DNA of 32,000 nt from Corynebacterium glutamicum ATCC 13032 (GTDB lineage Bacteria; Actinomycetota; Actinomycetes; Mycobacteriales; Mycobacteriaceae), in NCBI RefSeq assembly GCF_000011325.1, contig NC_003450.3:2520001-2552000 (forward strand), in the 5' to 3' direction. The number at the start of each line of letters is the position of its first letter. Position 1 is the first letter of the stretch. The position numbers and the translations under genes were made by a program. Below are positions 20,333 to 28,872 of the stretch, piece by piece. The notes under the pieces are model-generated. The model saw only the letters and a program-made list of their open reading frames with translations. It was not told the origin of the DNA and did not search any database.

Positions 20333-21025
20333 TTACTCAAATGGGGTGGCGTTGCGGCCACGAAGGACGATGTCGAACTTGTAACCAAGCGCGAAGTTTT
20401 CACGGGTCTCGTCATAGTCGAACGTTGCGATCATGCGCTCACGTGCACCCTTTGGCACCGCGTTGTAGATCGGATCCTGGAAGAACAATGGATCGTTCGG
20501 GAAGTACATCTGGGTGACCAGACGCTCCGTAAACTGACGACCATAGAGCGAGAAGTGAATGTGCGCCGGGCGCCATGCGTTGTGGTGGTTACCCCAAGGG
20601 TAATTACCTGGCATAACGGTCCAGAAGTGGTACTGGCCGTCCTTGTCGGTGAGAGTACGTGCAACACCGTTGAAGTGTGGATCCAGTGGCGCTGGCCAGG
20701 AGTCATTCTTGTGGCGGTAACGGCCTGCGGCGTTTGCCTGCCACGCCTCGACCAAGGTGTGCGGAACTGGCTTGCCATCGAAACCGAGGACACGGCCGTG
20801 AACGAAGATGCGCTGGCCGATAGCCTCGCCACCGTTCACCTTGGTCATGTCGTTGTCGATGTCTCCCAAGTCGCGGTCGCCGAAGACAGGTCCCGTGGAC
20901 TCGCCGAGGCGACTAGGAACCATGATGAGATCGTTGCTTGGGTTGCGCTTGATGGTGGTCCGGTACTCCGGGAAGTGCAGTGGGGAGTATTCGCCTCCCG
21001 TCGGGGCGAAGTGTGGGATGTCCAT
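20333..21025 (-). CDS. pcaH: Protocatechuate 3,4-dioxygenase, beta subunit
   Basis: Intradiol catalytic region WRPAHIHFSL and GRYRH. ATG at 21025 (MDIPHFAPTGG) has a GAAAGG RBS and gives 230 aa. The ORF-track start at 21088 is rejected. Confidence 0.93.
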   Translation of the reverse strand: MDIPHFAPTGGEYSPLHFPEYRTTIKRNPSNDLIMVPSRLGESTGPVFGDRDLGDIDNDMTKVNGGEAIGQRIFVHGRVLGFDGKPVPHTLVEAWQANAAGRYRHKNDSWPAPLDPHFNGVARTLTDKDGQYHFWTVMPGNYPWGNHHNAWRPAHIHFSLYGRQFTERLVTQMYFPNDPLFFQDPIYNAVPKGARERMIATFDYDETRENFALGYKFDIVLRGRNATPFE

Positions 21026-21091
21026 GCGAGACCTTTCTGCGTCTAGTGATATAGATCTCAAAGTAGGGATGATTGAGGCCGTTGACAAGTA

Positions 21092-21106
21092 GTTCGCGGG
21101 GCGAAC
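21092..21106. promoter_or_regulatory. Perfect palindrome GTTCGC-GGG-GCGAAC upstream of pcaH; second copy of the candidate PcaR operator
   Basis: It has the same 6-bp arms and 3-bp spacer as 13385-13399. It is followed by a GCGAACAT direct repeat (21101-21108 and 21121-21128) and a GCGAA-CA-TTCGC mini-palindrome (21121-21132). Confidence 0.4.
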
Positions 21107-21142
21107 ATGTCAGATCGCGCGCGAACATTCGCCACCAGCGCA

Positions 21143-21162
21143 AACCCCGAAGGTCAGGGGTT
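21143..21162 (-). promoter_or_regulatory. PcaO binding site, palindrome AACCCC-TGACCTTC-GGGGTT (minus-strand reading)
   Basis: 6-bp inverted arms with an 8-nt spacer, 118 nt upstream of the pcaH ATG. It is identical to the pcaHG upstream palindrome I recall as footprinted by PcaO in C. glutamicum, which I could not verify here. Confidence 0.55.
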
Positions 21163-21184
21163 AACTAGGGGTGTGCATAAGGGT

Positions 21185-22351
21185 TTAGTCATCCAATACC
21201 TCGAGTGAACTGCGGAGCTTTTCAAAAGTCTTCTCCATCCGTGCTTCCAGAGTCTGCCCCCACTGCCCCGTGGGCATCTCTTGCGCCAACGGTCCGACAG
21301 GTTCGGTTACCACTGTGCGATTGCACGGCCCAATCCAGGCGACCCGACCCATGGAATCAATCGCCGCCTGGATGCGCCCATCAGTCTTCATATTGTGATG
21401 ATGCGCGCAGAGGCACTGCAAGTTCCAGGCCACAGTCAACCCACCCTCACCGAACGGGATCACGTGATCGATCTGGCAGTTGTCGGCAGACACCGTGCAG
21501 CCCGGATGCCTACAGGTGCCGTCCCGCCCCATCACATAAAGGCGTAGCTCGGGACTTGGGGTGTAGCCATTTTCCACACGAGTGGCGATCGTATCCAGGT
21601 CAATGACCTTCGAGGCAGTCTTACCCAGCTTCCGGGACTCCTCTTGACTCAGGAATCCCACCCCCGGAATCCAGGACACGCCACCCACCAGGGGCGTGTA
21701 TACCGCGCTGACGATTTTCACTTTGGTCCGCCCCGCCAGGAAGGTGACCAGGGCCCGCGCGAGGTCCTCGCCCTTCTGTTTCACTTTTTCCAGAGCTTTT
21801 TGGAACAGCTTGCCGGTGACACCGTCAATATTTCCACTGATGTACGTACGCCCGTCCACGTGGCGGAAAGTCAAGGTGCCATCACTCCCCTTTGGCCCAC
21901 GCTTCTTTCCTGTGAAGGTTGGATCCAGTTCCTTGATCCAGCGAGTAATCAGCCCTGCAAGTGCGGAGGCTTCCATCAGTGCCTGGCCAGCAATGCGCGG
22001 TGTCAGCTTTTCGGCAATGCGATGGTCCAACTCATCCCACAACTCCGGTTTAGCCTGCTTGACTGCCTGCATAATGCGGGCCAGGTACGGAATCCGAACG
22101 TGGAAGTGAGTTTCTACCACCACTCTTAAAATGGGCAGCTTCATTAAAGCCCACATGGCGTTAATAGCCTGGTTGATAAAATGCTTGGATTCCCCCGTGA
22201 CGGTTTTCAACTCCATGACAAGAGTGCTAGCGTCCGCCTCTGGGTTTGAGATCAGCAAAGTCCAGCGCTGGATCTCCATTTGCGCCATGGTGAAGTTGAT
22301 GTGACTCTCTGGATTATTTGGGTCCTGATGGCTGAAGTATGACATTTCCAT
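21185..22351 (-). CDS. DUF222-type N-terminal domain plus C-terminal HNH endonuclease domain protein (actinobacterial '13E12-like' HNH family)
   Basis: HNH core CRHPGCTVSADNCQIDHVIPFGEGGLTVAWNLQCLCAHHHNMKTDG. 388 aa. It has its own AT-rich upstream region and sits between the pcaHGBC and catABC operons. Confidence 0.85.
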   Translation of the reverse strand: MEMSYFSHQDPNNPESHINFTMAQMEIQRWTLLISNPEADASTLVMELKTVTGESKHFINQAINAMWALMKLPILRVVVETHFHVRIPYLARIMQAVKQAKPELWDELDHRIAEKLTPRIAGQALMEASALAGLITRWIKELDPTFTGKKRGPKGSDGTLTFRHVDGRTYISGNIDGVTGKLFQKALEKVKQKGEDLARALVTFLAGRTKVKIVSAVYTPLVGGVSWIPGVGFLSQEESRKLGKTASKVIDLDTIATRVENGYTPSPELRLYVMGRDGTCRHPGCTVSADNCQIDHVIPFGEGGLTVAWNLQCLCAHHHNMKTDGRIQAAIDSMGRVAWIGPCNRTVVTEPVGPLAQEMPTGQWGQTLEARMEKTFEKLRSSLEVLDD

Positions 22352-22450
22352 GCCCCCTAATGGTTTAAATTTCCCCTTTTTAACTCATTAGCACCCACCC
22401 TAACCACACAAATCAAAACAAACAAGTGTTCTAACGAATATTTGTTCTAA

Positions 22451-22498
22451 TTCTTGAAAATAAAGATACCGCTCTACCGAAACTGCAGGTAGAGCGGT
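22451..22498 (-). terminator. Rho-independent terminator of catABC
   Basis: Located 12 nt after the catC stop on the minus strand. Perfect 11-bp stem ACCGCTCTACC/GGTAGAGCGGT with a 9-nt loop, followed by ATCTTTATTTTCAAGAA. Confidence 0.75.
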
Positions 22499-22509
22499 TA
22501 GAACCTCAA

Positions 22510-22803
22510 CTATCCCTTGAGGTAATACTCCAGAGCATTGGGGTGTTTTGCCAGTGGAGTGATCTTGACATTCATGTATTTGAACATCGGAAAGCCACTA
22601 AGAATTGCATGCAGCTCGTCGTGGTCATCGACATCGAAAATGGAGTAGTTTGCATACTCGCCGACGACTCGCCAGATTGCTTTCATGATTCCACGGGATT
22701 GCAGGTCTCCGGAGTAGGCCTTTTCCTTAGCCTGGAAATCTGCCATCACATCGGCGTCCATGGAATCAGGGAAGACGACGTCCATGCGTGCTAGAAACAG
22801 CAT
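22510..22803 (-). CDS. catC: Muconolactone delta-isomerase
   Basis: 97 aa with the typical MLFLARMDV... N-terminus of muconolactone isomerases. Strong AAGGAG RBS in the 12-nt gap after catB. Confidence 0.92.
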   Translation of the reverse strand: MLFLARMDVVFPDSMDADVMADFQAKEKAYSGDLQSRGIMKAIWRVVGEYANYSIFDVDDHDELHAILSGFPMFKYMNVKITPLAKHPNALEYYLKG

Positions 22804-22815
22804 CGATAATTCTCC

Positions 22816-23937
22816 TTATTTACGGGTGTAGAAGTTGACTTTGTCCATGTCCACATCGACGCCCAAACCTGGGCCTTGTGGAATAGCAACCTGGCCGTCC
22901 TTGTACTCAAATTCTTGGACAATATAGGTATCTTTGAGCAACTGCGGTCCGAACAGTTCTGTACCGTAGGAGATCGCCTTGGTGGATGCCGCAAACTGCA
23001 GGGATGCTGCGGTGCCGATTGGACCTTCCAGACTGGTTGCACCATGGCAGGCCAGCCCGCCGGCTTCGGCGATAGCGGCGATCTTCTTGGATTCCAGCAG
23101 ACCACCGTGCTTAGTGGTTTTCAGTGCGATAACATCCGCAGCCTGGGCTTTCACCACCGCGAGAGCTTCAGCTGGGGTCCACACGGATTCATCTGCCATG
23201 ACCGAAACGTTGGTGCGGCGGGTGATTTCGCGCAGGGTTTCCAGGTCGTCGGCCGGGGTGGGCTGCTCGAACAGCTCGACGCCAGCCTCCGCGAGAATCG
23301 GCAAGTAATGCAGAGCGGTGCGGCGATCCCAACGTGCGTTAATATCAATGCGCAGAGAAACGCGGTCGCCAACTTCGCGCGCCAATTCTGCTACACGGCG
23401 AGTATCTTCCGCAGGATCGCCAGCACCCATCTTCAACTTGAAGGAACGGTTACCAAACTCCTCGATGCGCTCTTCAATTTCCGCCACCGCAACATCAAGC
23501 GGCAAAACGCCCAGCGCCCAGGTGACATCCACCTTGTCGCGCACGGTGCCACCAAGCAGGTCGCGGACGGGCACATTGAGGCTGCGTGCCCAGGCATCAT
23601 GCATTGCGACGTCAACAGCCGCCTTGGCATAACGCGCACGTGCAACAACACGCTCAAGGTCTGCCATAATTCCTGCAAGCTCGGAGACAGCACGGCCGAT
23701 GAGCACTGGGGCGAGGTAGCCGTCGACAAGCGCCTTCATGGTCTCAACCGACTCGCCGCCCCACCATGGACCGCCGGGCACAACGCCCTCACCGTAGCCG
23801 ATGACACCGTTTTCTAAGTGCACGCTGACCAGCAGAATGTGCTGCTCAGTGGAGGTGGTAGTTGCGAAGCCGTGTGGGCGAATGAGGGGAACGTCGAGGA
23901 TACGGGATTCGACTTTTTGGATGGTTAAATCAGACAA
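22816..23937 (-). CDS. catB: Muconate cycloisomerase (MR/MLE enolase superfamily)
   Basis: FKLKMG, DINARWD, EQP and MADES metal/catalytic motifs. I place the start at TTG 23937 (MSDLTIQKVESRILDVPLIRPH...), which aligns with canonical CatB N-termini. The ORF-track TTG at 24000 would translate through a strong hairpin. The start call is moderately uncertain. Confidence 0.88.
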   Translation of the reverse strand: MSDLTIQKVESRILDVPLIRPHGFATTTSTEQHILLVSVHLENGVIGYGEGVVPGGPWWGGESVETMKALVDGYLAPVLIGRAVSELAGIMADLERVVARARYAKAAVDVAMHDAWARSLNVPVRDLLGGTVRDKVDVTWALGVLPLDVAVAEIEERIEEFGNRSFKLKMGAGDPAEDTRRVAELAREVGDRVSLRIDINARWDRRTALHYLPILAEAGVELFEQPTPADDLETLREITRRTNVSVMADESVWTPAEALAVVKAQAADVIALKTTKHGGLLESKKIAAIAEAGGLACHGATSLEGPIGTAASLQFAASTKAISYGTELFGPQLLKDTYIVQEFEYKDGQVAIPQGPGLGVDVDMDKVNFYTRK

Positions 23938-23961
23938 TTTTTCTATGGCTTTCTGGTTAAG

Positions 23962-23997
23962 TGGGAAAAGTCCCGCCACAAGATGTGGTCGGGACTT
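23962..23997 (-). terminator. Strong stem-loop between catA and catB (terminator/attenuator-like)
   Basis: Minus strand reads AAGTCCCG(A)CCACA-TCT-TGTGGCGGGACTT: a 13-bp stem with one bulge and a 3-nt loop, followed by only TTTTCC. It begins 23 nt after the catA stop. Confidence 0.45.
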
Positions 23998-24019
23998 CAA
24001 TGCTAGCTAGGTAGAAAAA

Positions 24020-24886
<867 letters not shown>

Positions 24887-25294
24887 CTAGAGACTTTGGG
24901 GGTGAAGTAGGGGGTGCGAGTCGGATCACTGCCTAGCGGAAAAATCTTTGTGATCGGCTGAACTCGATAACAACACTGTGGCCTGAATCATCGAATCCGT
25001 CAACATCCCAAAAACCTTAAAAACAATAAGGGAACCTTTAGAAGTATAAATTTTTCCACATAATCCCACTTCAAGTACACAAACAGCCTGTCAATTTACA
25101 TCATGCGAACACCTACCCCCGAGCAAACCCTAGGAATTCCCCTAATGTGATTCACTTCATTGATCGGGCACTGTTGGTCATACGCCATCGACACTGCGGA
25201 ATTGCTCGCAAATGTCACACACCGCTTCAAAGCAAAAACGAAAACGACATCGCGGTGGCAATACCAACTTCTTTTCACTCTCTTGGAGGTTCAC

Positions 25295-26788
25295 ATGTCC
25301 ACACCAGTTTCAAATTTGGCAAGCGTTCAGAAAACTCTGGACCATGCGCTTGAGGACCGCCCTGAAGAGGGAATCGTCCGCGTCAACCGCAACATCTTCA
25401 CTGACCCTGAGATCTTCGAGCTGGAGATGCGCCACATCTTCGAAGGCAACTGGATCTACCTGGCTCACGAGTCCCAGATCCCTAACGCTGGCGACTACTT
25501 CACCACCTACATTGGCCGCCAGCCGATCATGATCACCCGTTCCAAGGACGGCACACTCAACTGCCTGATCAACGCGTGTTCTCACCGTGGCGCCATGCTC
25601 TGCCGTCGCAAGACTGACAACCGCACCACCTTGACCTGCCCATTCCACGGCTGGACATTCAGCAACGACGGCGCACTGCTCAAGGTCAAGGACGAAAAAG
25701 AAGGCGCCTACCCAGAGAATTTCCGCACCGACGGCTCCCACGATCTGCGTCGCGTTCCTAAGTTCGAGTCCTACCGTGGCTTCCTCTTCGGCTCCCTCAA
25801 CGATGATGTCGTTTCTTTGGAAGAGCACCTCGGCGACACCCGTACCGTCATTGACATGCTGGTTGACCAATCCCCAGAAGGCCTCGAAGTACTGCGCGGA
25901 TCCTCCACCTACACCTACGACGGCAACTGGAAGCTCCAGACCGAAAACGGTGCAGACGGCTACCACGTTTCCTCCACCCACTGGAACTACGCTGCAACCA
26001 CCTCCCGCCGTGGCACTGGTGAATCCGCGAACGAAACCAAGGCAATGGACGCTGGTACCTGGGGCAAGCAGGGTGGCGGATACTTCTCCTACCCTTACGG
26101 CCACATGCTGCTGTGGATGTGGTGGGGCAACCCAGAAGACCGCCCACTGTTCGAGCGCCGCGACGAGTTCAAGAAGGAATTCGGCGAAGAAAAGGGCGAG
26201 TTCATGGTTGGTGCTTCCCGCAATCTGTGCCTCTACCCCAATGTTTACCTGATGGATCAGTTCTCCTCACAGATCCGCCACATCCGCCCAATCTCAGTTG
26301 ATCAGACCGAAGTCACCATCTACTGCATCGCACCTAAGGGCGAGTCCGCGGAAGCACGTGCAAACCGCATCCGCCAGTACGAAGACTTCTTCAACGCAAC
26401 GGGCATGGCAACCCCAGATGACCTGGAGGAATTCCGCTCCTGCCAGAAGACCTACCAGGCATCTGCCTTCCCATGGAATGACATGACCCGCGGTTTGGGC
26501 CACCAGGTACAGGGACCAAACGAGGTTGCCAAGGGCCTAGGCATGAACGAAGTTCTTTCCTCCGGAGCACGCACCGAAGATGAAGGCCTCTACCCAATCC
26601 AGCACGGCTTCTGGCATGAACTCATGCAGGAGGCTGTGAATAAGCAGAGCATCAAGGAAAAGGAATTGGCTGACGATACCGCTTCTTCCCTTGCCACCGT
26701 AGCTGCAGCCAAAATCCGTGAGGAAGCAAAGGCAGCCGCGAAGTCCGACGCTGGAGAGCCTCGCCGCCGTCGTCGCACCCGCGGTTAG
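25295..26788 (+). CDS. benA: Benzoate 1,2-dioxygenase, large (alpha) Rieske subunit, with a charged C-terminal tail
   Basis: Rieske motif CSHRGAML...CPFHGW and mononuclear-iron region [12 protein letters not shown] at 25295 follows GGAGG (25285-25289). The ORF-track start at 25160 is rejected. Confidence 0.93.
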   Translation: MSTPVSNLASVQKTLDHALEDRPEEGIVRVNRNIFTDPEIFELEMRHIFEGNWIYLAHESQIPNAGDYFTTYIGRQPIMITRSKDGTLNCLINACSHRGAMLCRRKTDNRTTLTCPFHGWTFSNDGALLKVKDEKEGAYPENFRTDGSHDLRRVPKFESYRGFLFGSLNDDVVSLEEHLGDTRTVIDMLVDQSPEGLEVLRGSSTYTYDGNWKLQTENGADGYHVSSTHWNYAATTSRRGTGESANETKAMDAGTWGKQGGGYFSYPYGHMLLWMWWGNPEDRPLFERRDEFKKEFGEEKGEFMVGASRNLCLYPNVYLMDQFSSQIRHIRPISVDQTEVTIYCIAPKGESAEARANRIRQYEDFFNATGMATPDDLEEFRSCQKTYQASAFPWNDMTRGLGHQVQGPNEVAKGLGMNEVLSSGARTEDEGLYPIQHGFWHELMQEAVNKQSIKEKELADDTASSLATVAAAKIREEAKAAAKSDAGEPRRRRRTRG

Positions 26789-26827
26789 TCGTCGAAAAGC
26801 AAAAAATCTTTTAAGGAGAACACCTAA

Positions 26828-27322
26828 ATGTCTGAAATCACCCGCTCTGAGATCGAAGCTTTCCTCTACTACGAGGCTCGCCTGCTCGATGACCGTAAAT
26901 TTGAAGAATGGCTCGAATGCTACCGCGAGGACGCCGAGTTTTGGATGCCAGCCTGGGACGACAACGGTGAACTGACTGAAGATCCACAGTCTGAAATTTC
27001 CCTCATCTACTACCCAAACCGTGGTGGACTTGAGGACCGCGTCTTCCGCATCCGCACCGAACGCTCCTCTGCAACTTCCCTACCTGAACCACGCACCGGC
27101 CACAGCACCACCAACGTGGAAATCCTGGAGCGCCGCGACGGCGAAGTAGATATCCGCTTCAACTGGATCACCTTCTACTACCGTTACAACACCACCGACA
27201 CCTACTTCGGCACCACGTTTATCACCCTTGATGTCAGTGGTGAAACCCCGAAGATCGTCAAGAAGAAGGTCGTTTTGAAGAACGACTACATCCACCACAT
27301 CGTCGATATTTACCACGTCTAG
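26828..27322 (+). CDS. benB: Benzoate 1,2-dioxygenase, small (beta) subunit
   Basis: 164-aa ring-hydroxylating dioxygenase beta-subunit fold (EAFLYYEARLLDDRKFEEWLE...). AAGGAG RBS. Confidence 0.92.
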   Translation: MSEITRSEIEAFLYYEARLLDDRKFEEWLECYREDAEFWMPAWDDNGELTEDPQSEISLIYYPNRGGLEDRVFRIRTERSSATSLPEPRTGHSTTNVEILERRDGEVDIRFNWITFYYRYNTTDTYFGTTFITLDVSGETPKIVKKKVVLKNDYIHHIVDIYHV

Positions 27323-27333
27323 GAGGCACTCAC

Positions 27334-28872
27334 ATGACTCACCAAGTTGCACTTGCCTTTGAAGACGGCATCACCCGATTCATCGACTGCGAAGATGACC
27401 AAACTGTTGCAGATGCCGCCTACCAGGCACGCATCAACATTCCTTTCGACTGCCGCGACGGCGCCTGCGGAACCTGCAAAGCGTTCTGCGAATCCGGCGA
27501 CTTTGACGAAGGCGACTACATCGACGACGCCCTGTCCGAAGATGAAGCAGCCGACGGCTACTGCCTGCCTTGCCAGATGACCCCAAAGACCGACCTCATC
27601 TTGCAGATCGCCACCACCTCCGTGCTGGCAAAGACCGGCGCATCCACTTTCGATGGCGAGTTGAAGGAGATCAATCACTTCTCTGATTCCACCATCGGCA
27701 TTGAGATCGAACTGGAAAACCGCCAAGATTTGGCGTTCCTCCCTGGTCAATACATGAACATCCAGGTTCCAGGCAGCGACCAGACTCGTTCCTACTCTTT
27801 CTCCTGCGCTCAAGATTCCGGCAACGTGCAGTTCCTGATCAAGGTAACCCCAGGTGGACTCATGACCACCTATCTCACCGATCACGCGAAGGTCGGCGAC
27901 AAGCTCACCTTGACCGGCCCGATGGGTTCCTTCTTCCTGCGTGAACCTGTCCGCCCGATCCTGCTGCTCGCCGGCGGAACTGGACTTGCACCGATCTTGG
28001 CTATTTTGGAAAAGCTTTCCCGCGATGAGCTTCTCGACGTCCCAATCCGCCTGGTTTACGGCGCGAACTTCACCCACGATCTGGTGGAATTGGATCGACT
28101 TGATGCCTTCAAGGACAAGTTCGACTTCGATTACATCACCGTGCTTTCCGACAAGGACACCGAGCATCCACGCAAGGGCTACGTCCCAGCACACCTGACC
28201 GGCGAATATGAGCCAGATGAGGACACTGATGTGTACCTCTGCGGCCCTCCTCCAATGGTCGAGGCCGTGCGCCAATTCCTGGGCACCCTGGAGCATCCTC
28301 CGCTGGACTTTTATTACGAGAAGTTCACTTCCGCCGCTGCCCCTGCTGCTGGTAAGCCAGAGATCACCGTGGAGACCAGCGAAGTTGCAGAGGATTTCAA
28401 CCTGGTCGAGGTGTCCACTCCAGGCATGTCTTCCGGCGAGGTGCACTCTTCTGCAACCCAGCTGCAGGCCCGCATGGCTCTGGAGCTCGGCGCGCTGGAG
28501 CTTGCGATCAACAAACTCGGCGAGCGCGACATCGAGCGATTCCGCAACTTGGCCGACATCGCGAACTCCTTCATCGACGGCGATAAGTTTATCGACGCGG
28601 TGAAGTTCACCGAGGCCAACGCCGATTTCCACGAGTTCCTCTTCCGCCGCGCAAACAACGAGGCGCTGCTTGCGGCGTACCAGAACCTCCAGGTTGTTCA
28701 AGAAATGAACGCAACCCTTCCAGGCGCCGAGTGGATTGATCCGGCAATTGCCACCGAGCACTTGGCGCTTGTCGACGCCGTCTCCCAGAATGATCTCGAG
28801 ACCGCGAGAACAATCATTCGTGAACACGCGGAGCACGGCATTGACACTATGGTTAAGGCCCTCGAGAAATGA
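27334..28872 (+). CDS. benC: Benzoate 1,2-dioxygenase reductase (2Fe-2S ferredoxin + FNR-like) fused to a C-terminal FCD (GntR-type ligand-binding) domain
   Basis: aa 1-331 contain CRDGACGTCKAFC...LPCQ (plant-type ferredoxin), RSYSFS (FAD) and LLAGGTGLAP (NAD). aa ~375-512 match the FCD pattern (ARMALELGALELA, DADFHEFLFRRANNEALL, EHLALVDAVSQNDLETARTIIREH). It is one uninterrupted frame with an AGGAGG RBS. Confidence 0.9.
   Translation: MTHQVALAFEDGITRFIDCEDDQTVADAAYQARINIPFDCRDGACGTCKAFCESGDFDEGDYIDDALSEDEAADGYCLPCQMTPKTDLILQIATTSVLAKTGASTFDGELKEINHFSDSTIGIEIELENRQDLAFLPGQYMNIQVPGSDQTRSYSFSCAQDSGNVQFLIKVTPGGLMTTYLTDHAKVGDKLTLTGPMGSFFLREPVRPILLLAGGTGLAPILAILEKLSRDELLDVPIRLVYGANFTHDLVELDRLDAFKDKFDFDYITVLSDKDTEHPRKGYVPAHLTGEYEPDEDTDVYLCGPPPMVEAVRQFLGTLEHPPLDFYYEKFTSAAAPAAGKPEITVETSEVAEDFNLVEVSTPGMSSGEVHSSATQLQARMALELGALELAINKLGERDIERFRNLADIANSFIDGDKFIDAVKFTEANADFHEFLFRRANNEALLAAYQNLQVVQEMNATLPGAEWIDPAIATEHLALVDAVSQNDLETARTIIREHAEHGIDTMVKALEK

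Noticed and set aside
21143-21162. AACCCC-N8-GGGGTT palindrome read as an intrinsic terminator of the HNH gene
   Set aside because: The stem is only 6 bp with an 8-nt loop, and no U-tract follows on the minus strand (…GGGGTTTGCGCTGG). It is better explained as the recalled PcaO binding site, although weak RNA structure is possible.
21185-22504. HNH gene plus flanks considered as an insertion sequence or transposon
   Set aside because: There is no transposase or integrase, no terminal inverted repeats and no target-site duplication. The flanking symmetric elements are explained as the catABC terminator and the pcaHG activator site. I kept it only as a possible selfish or homing gene.
24905-24930. 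Possible iron-regulator (RipA-type) box near catA, around GTGCGAGTCGGATCAC
   Set aside because: The sequence does not fit the consensus as I remember it (RRGCG-N4-RYGAC), and my memory of that consensus is itself uncertain. No call is made.
27319-28836. 505-aa ORF antisense to benC, the longest antisense ORF in the window
   Set aside because: It has no recognisable motifs and is fully embedded opposite a frame with unambiguous ferredoxin/FNR/FCD motifs, RBS and operon context. Long stop-free antisense frames are expected when the sense gene avoids TTA/CTA/TCA codons in a GC3-biased genome.
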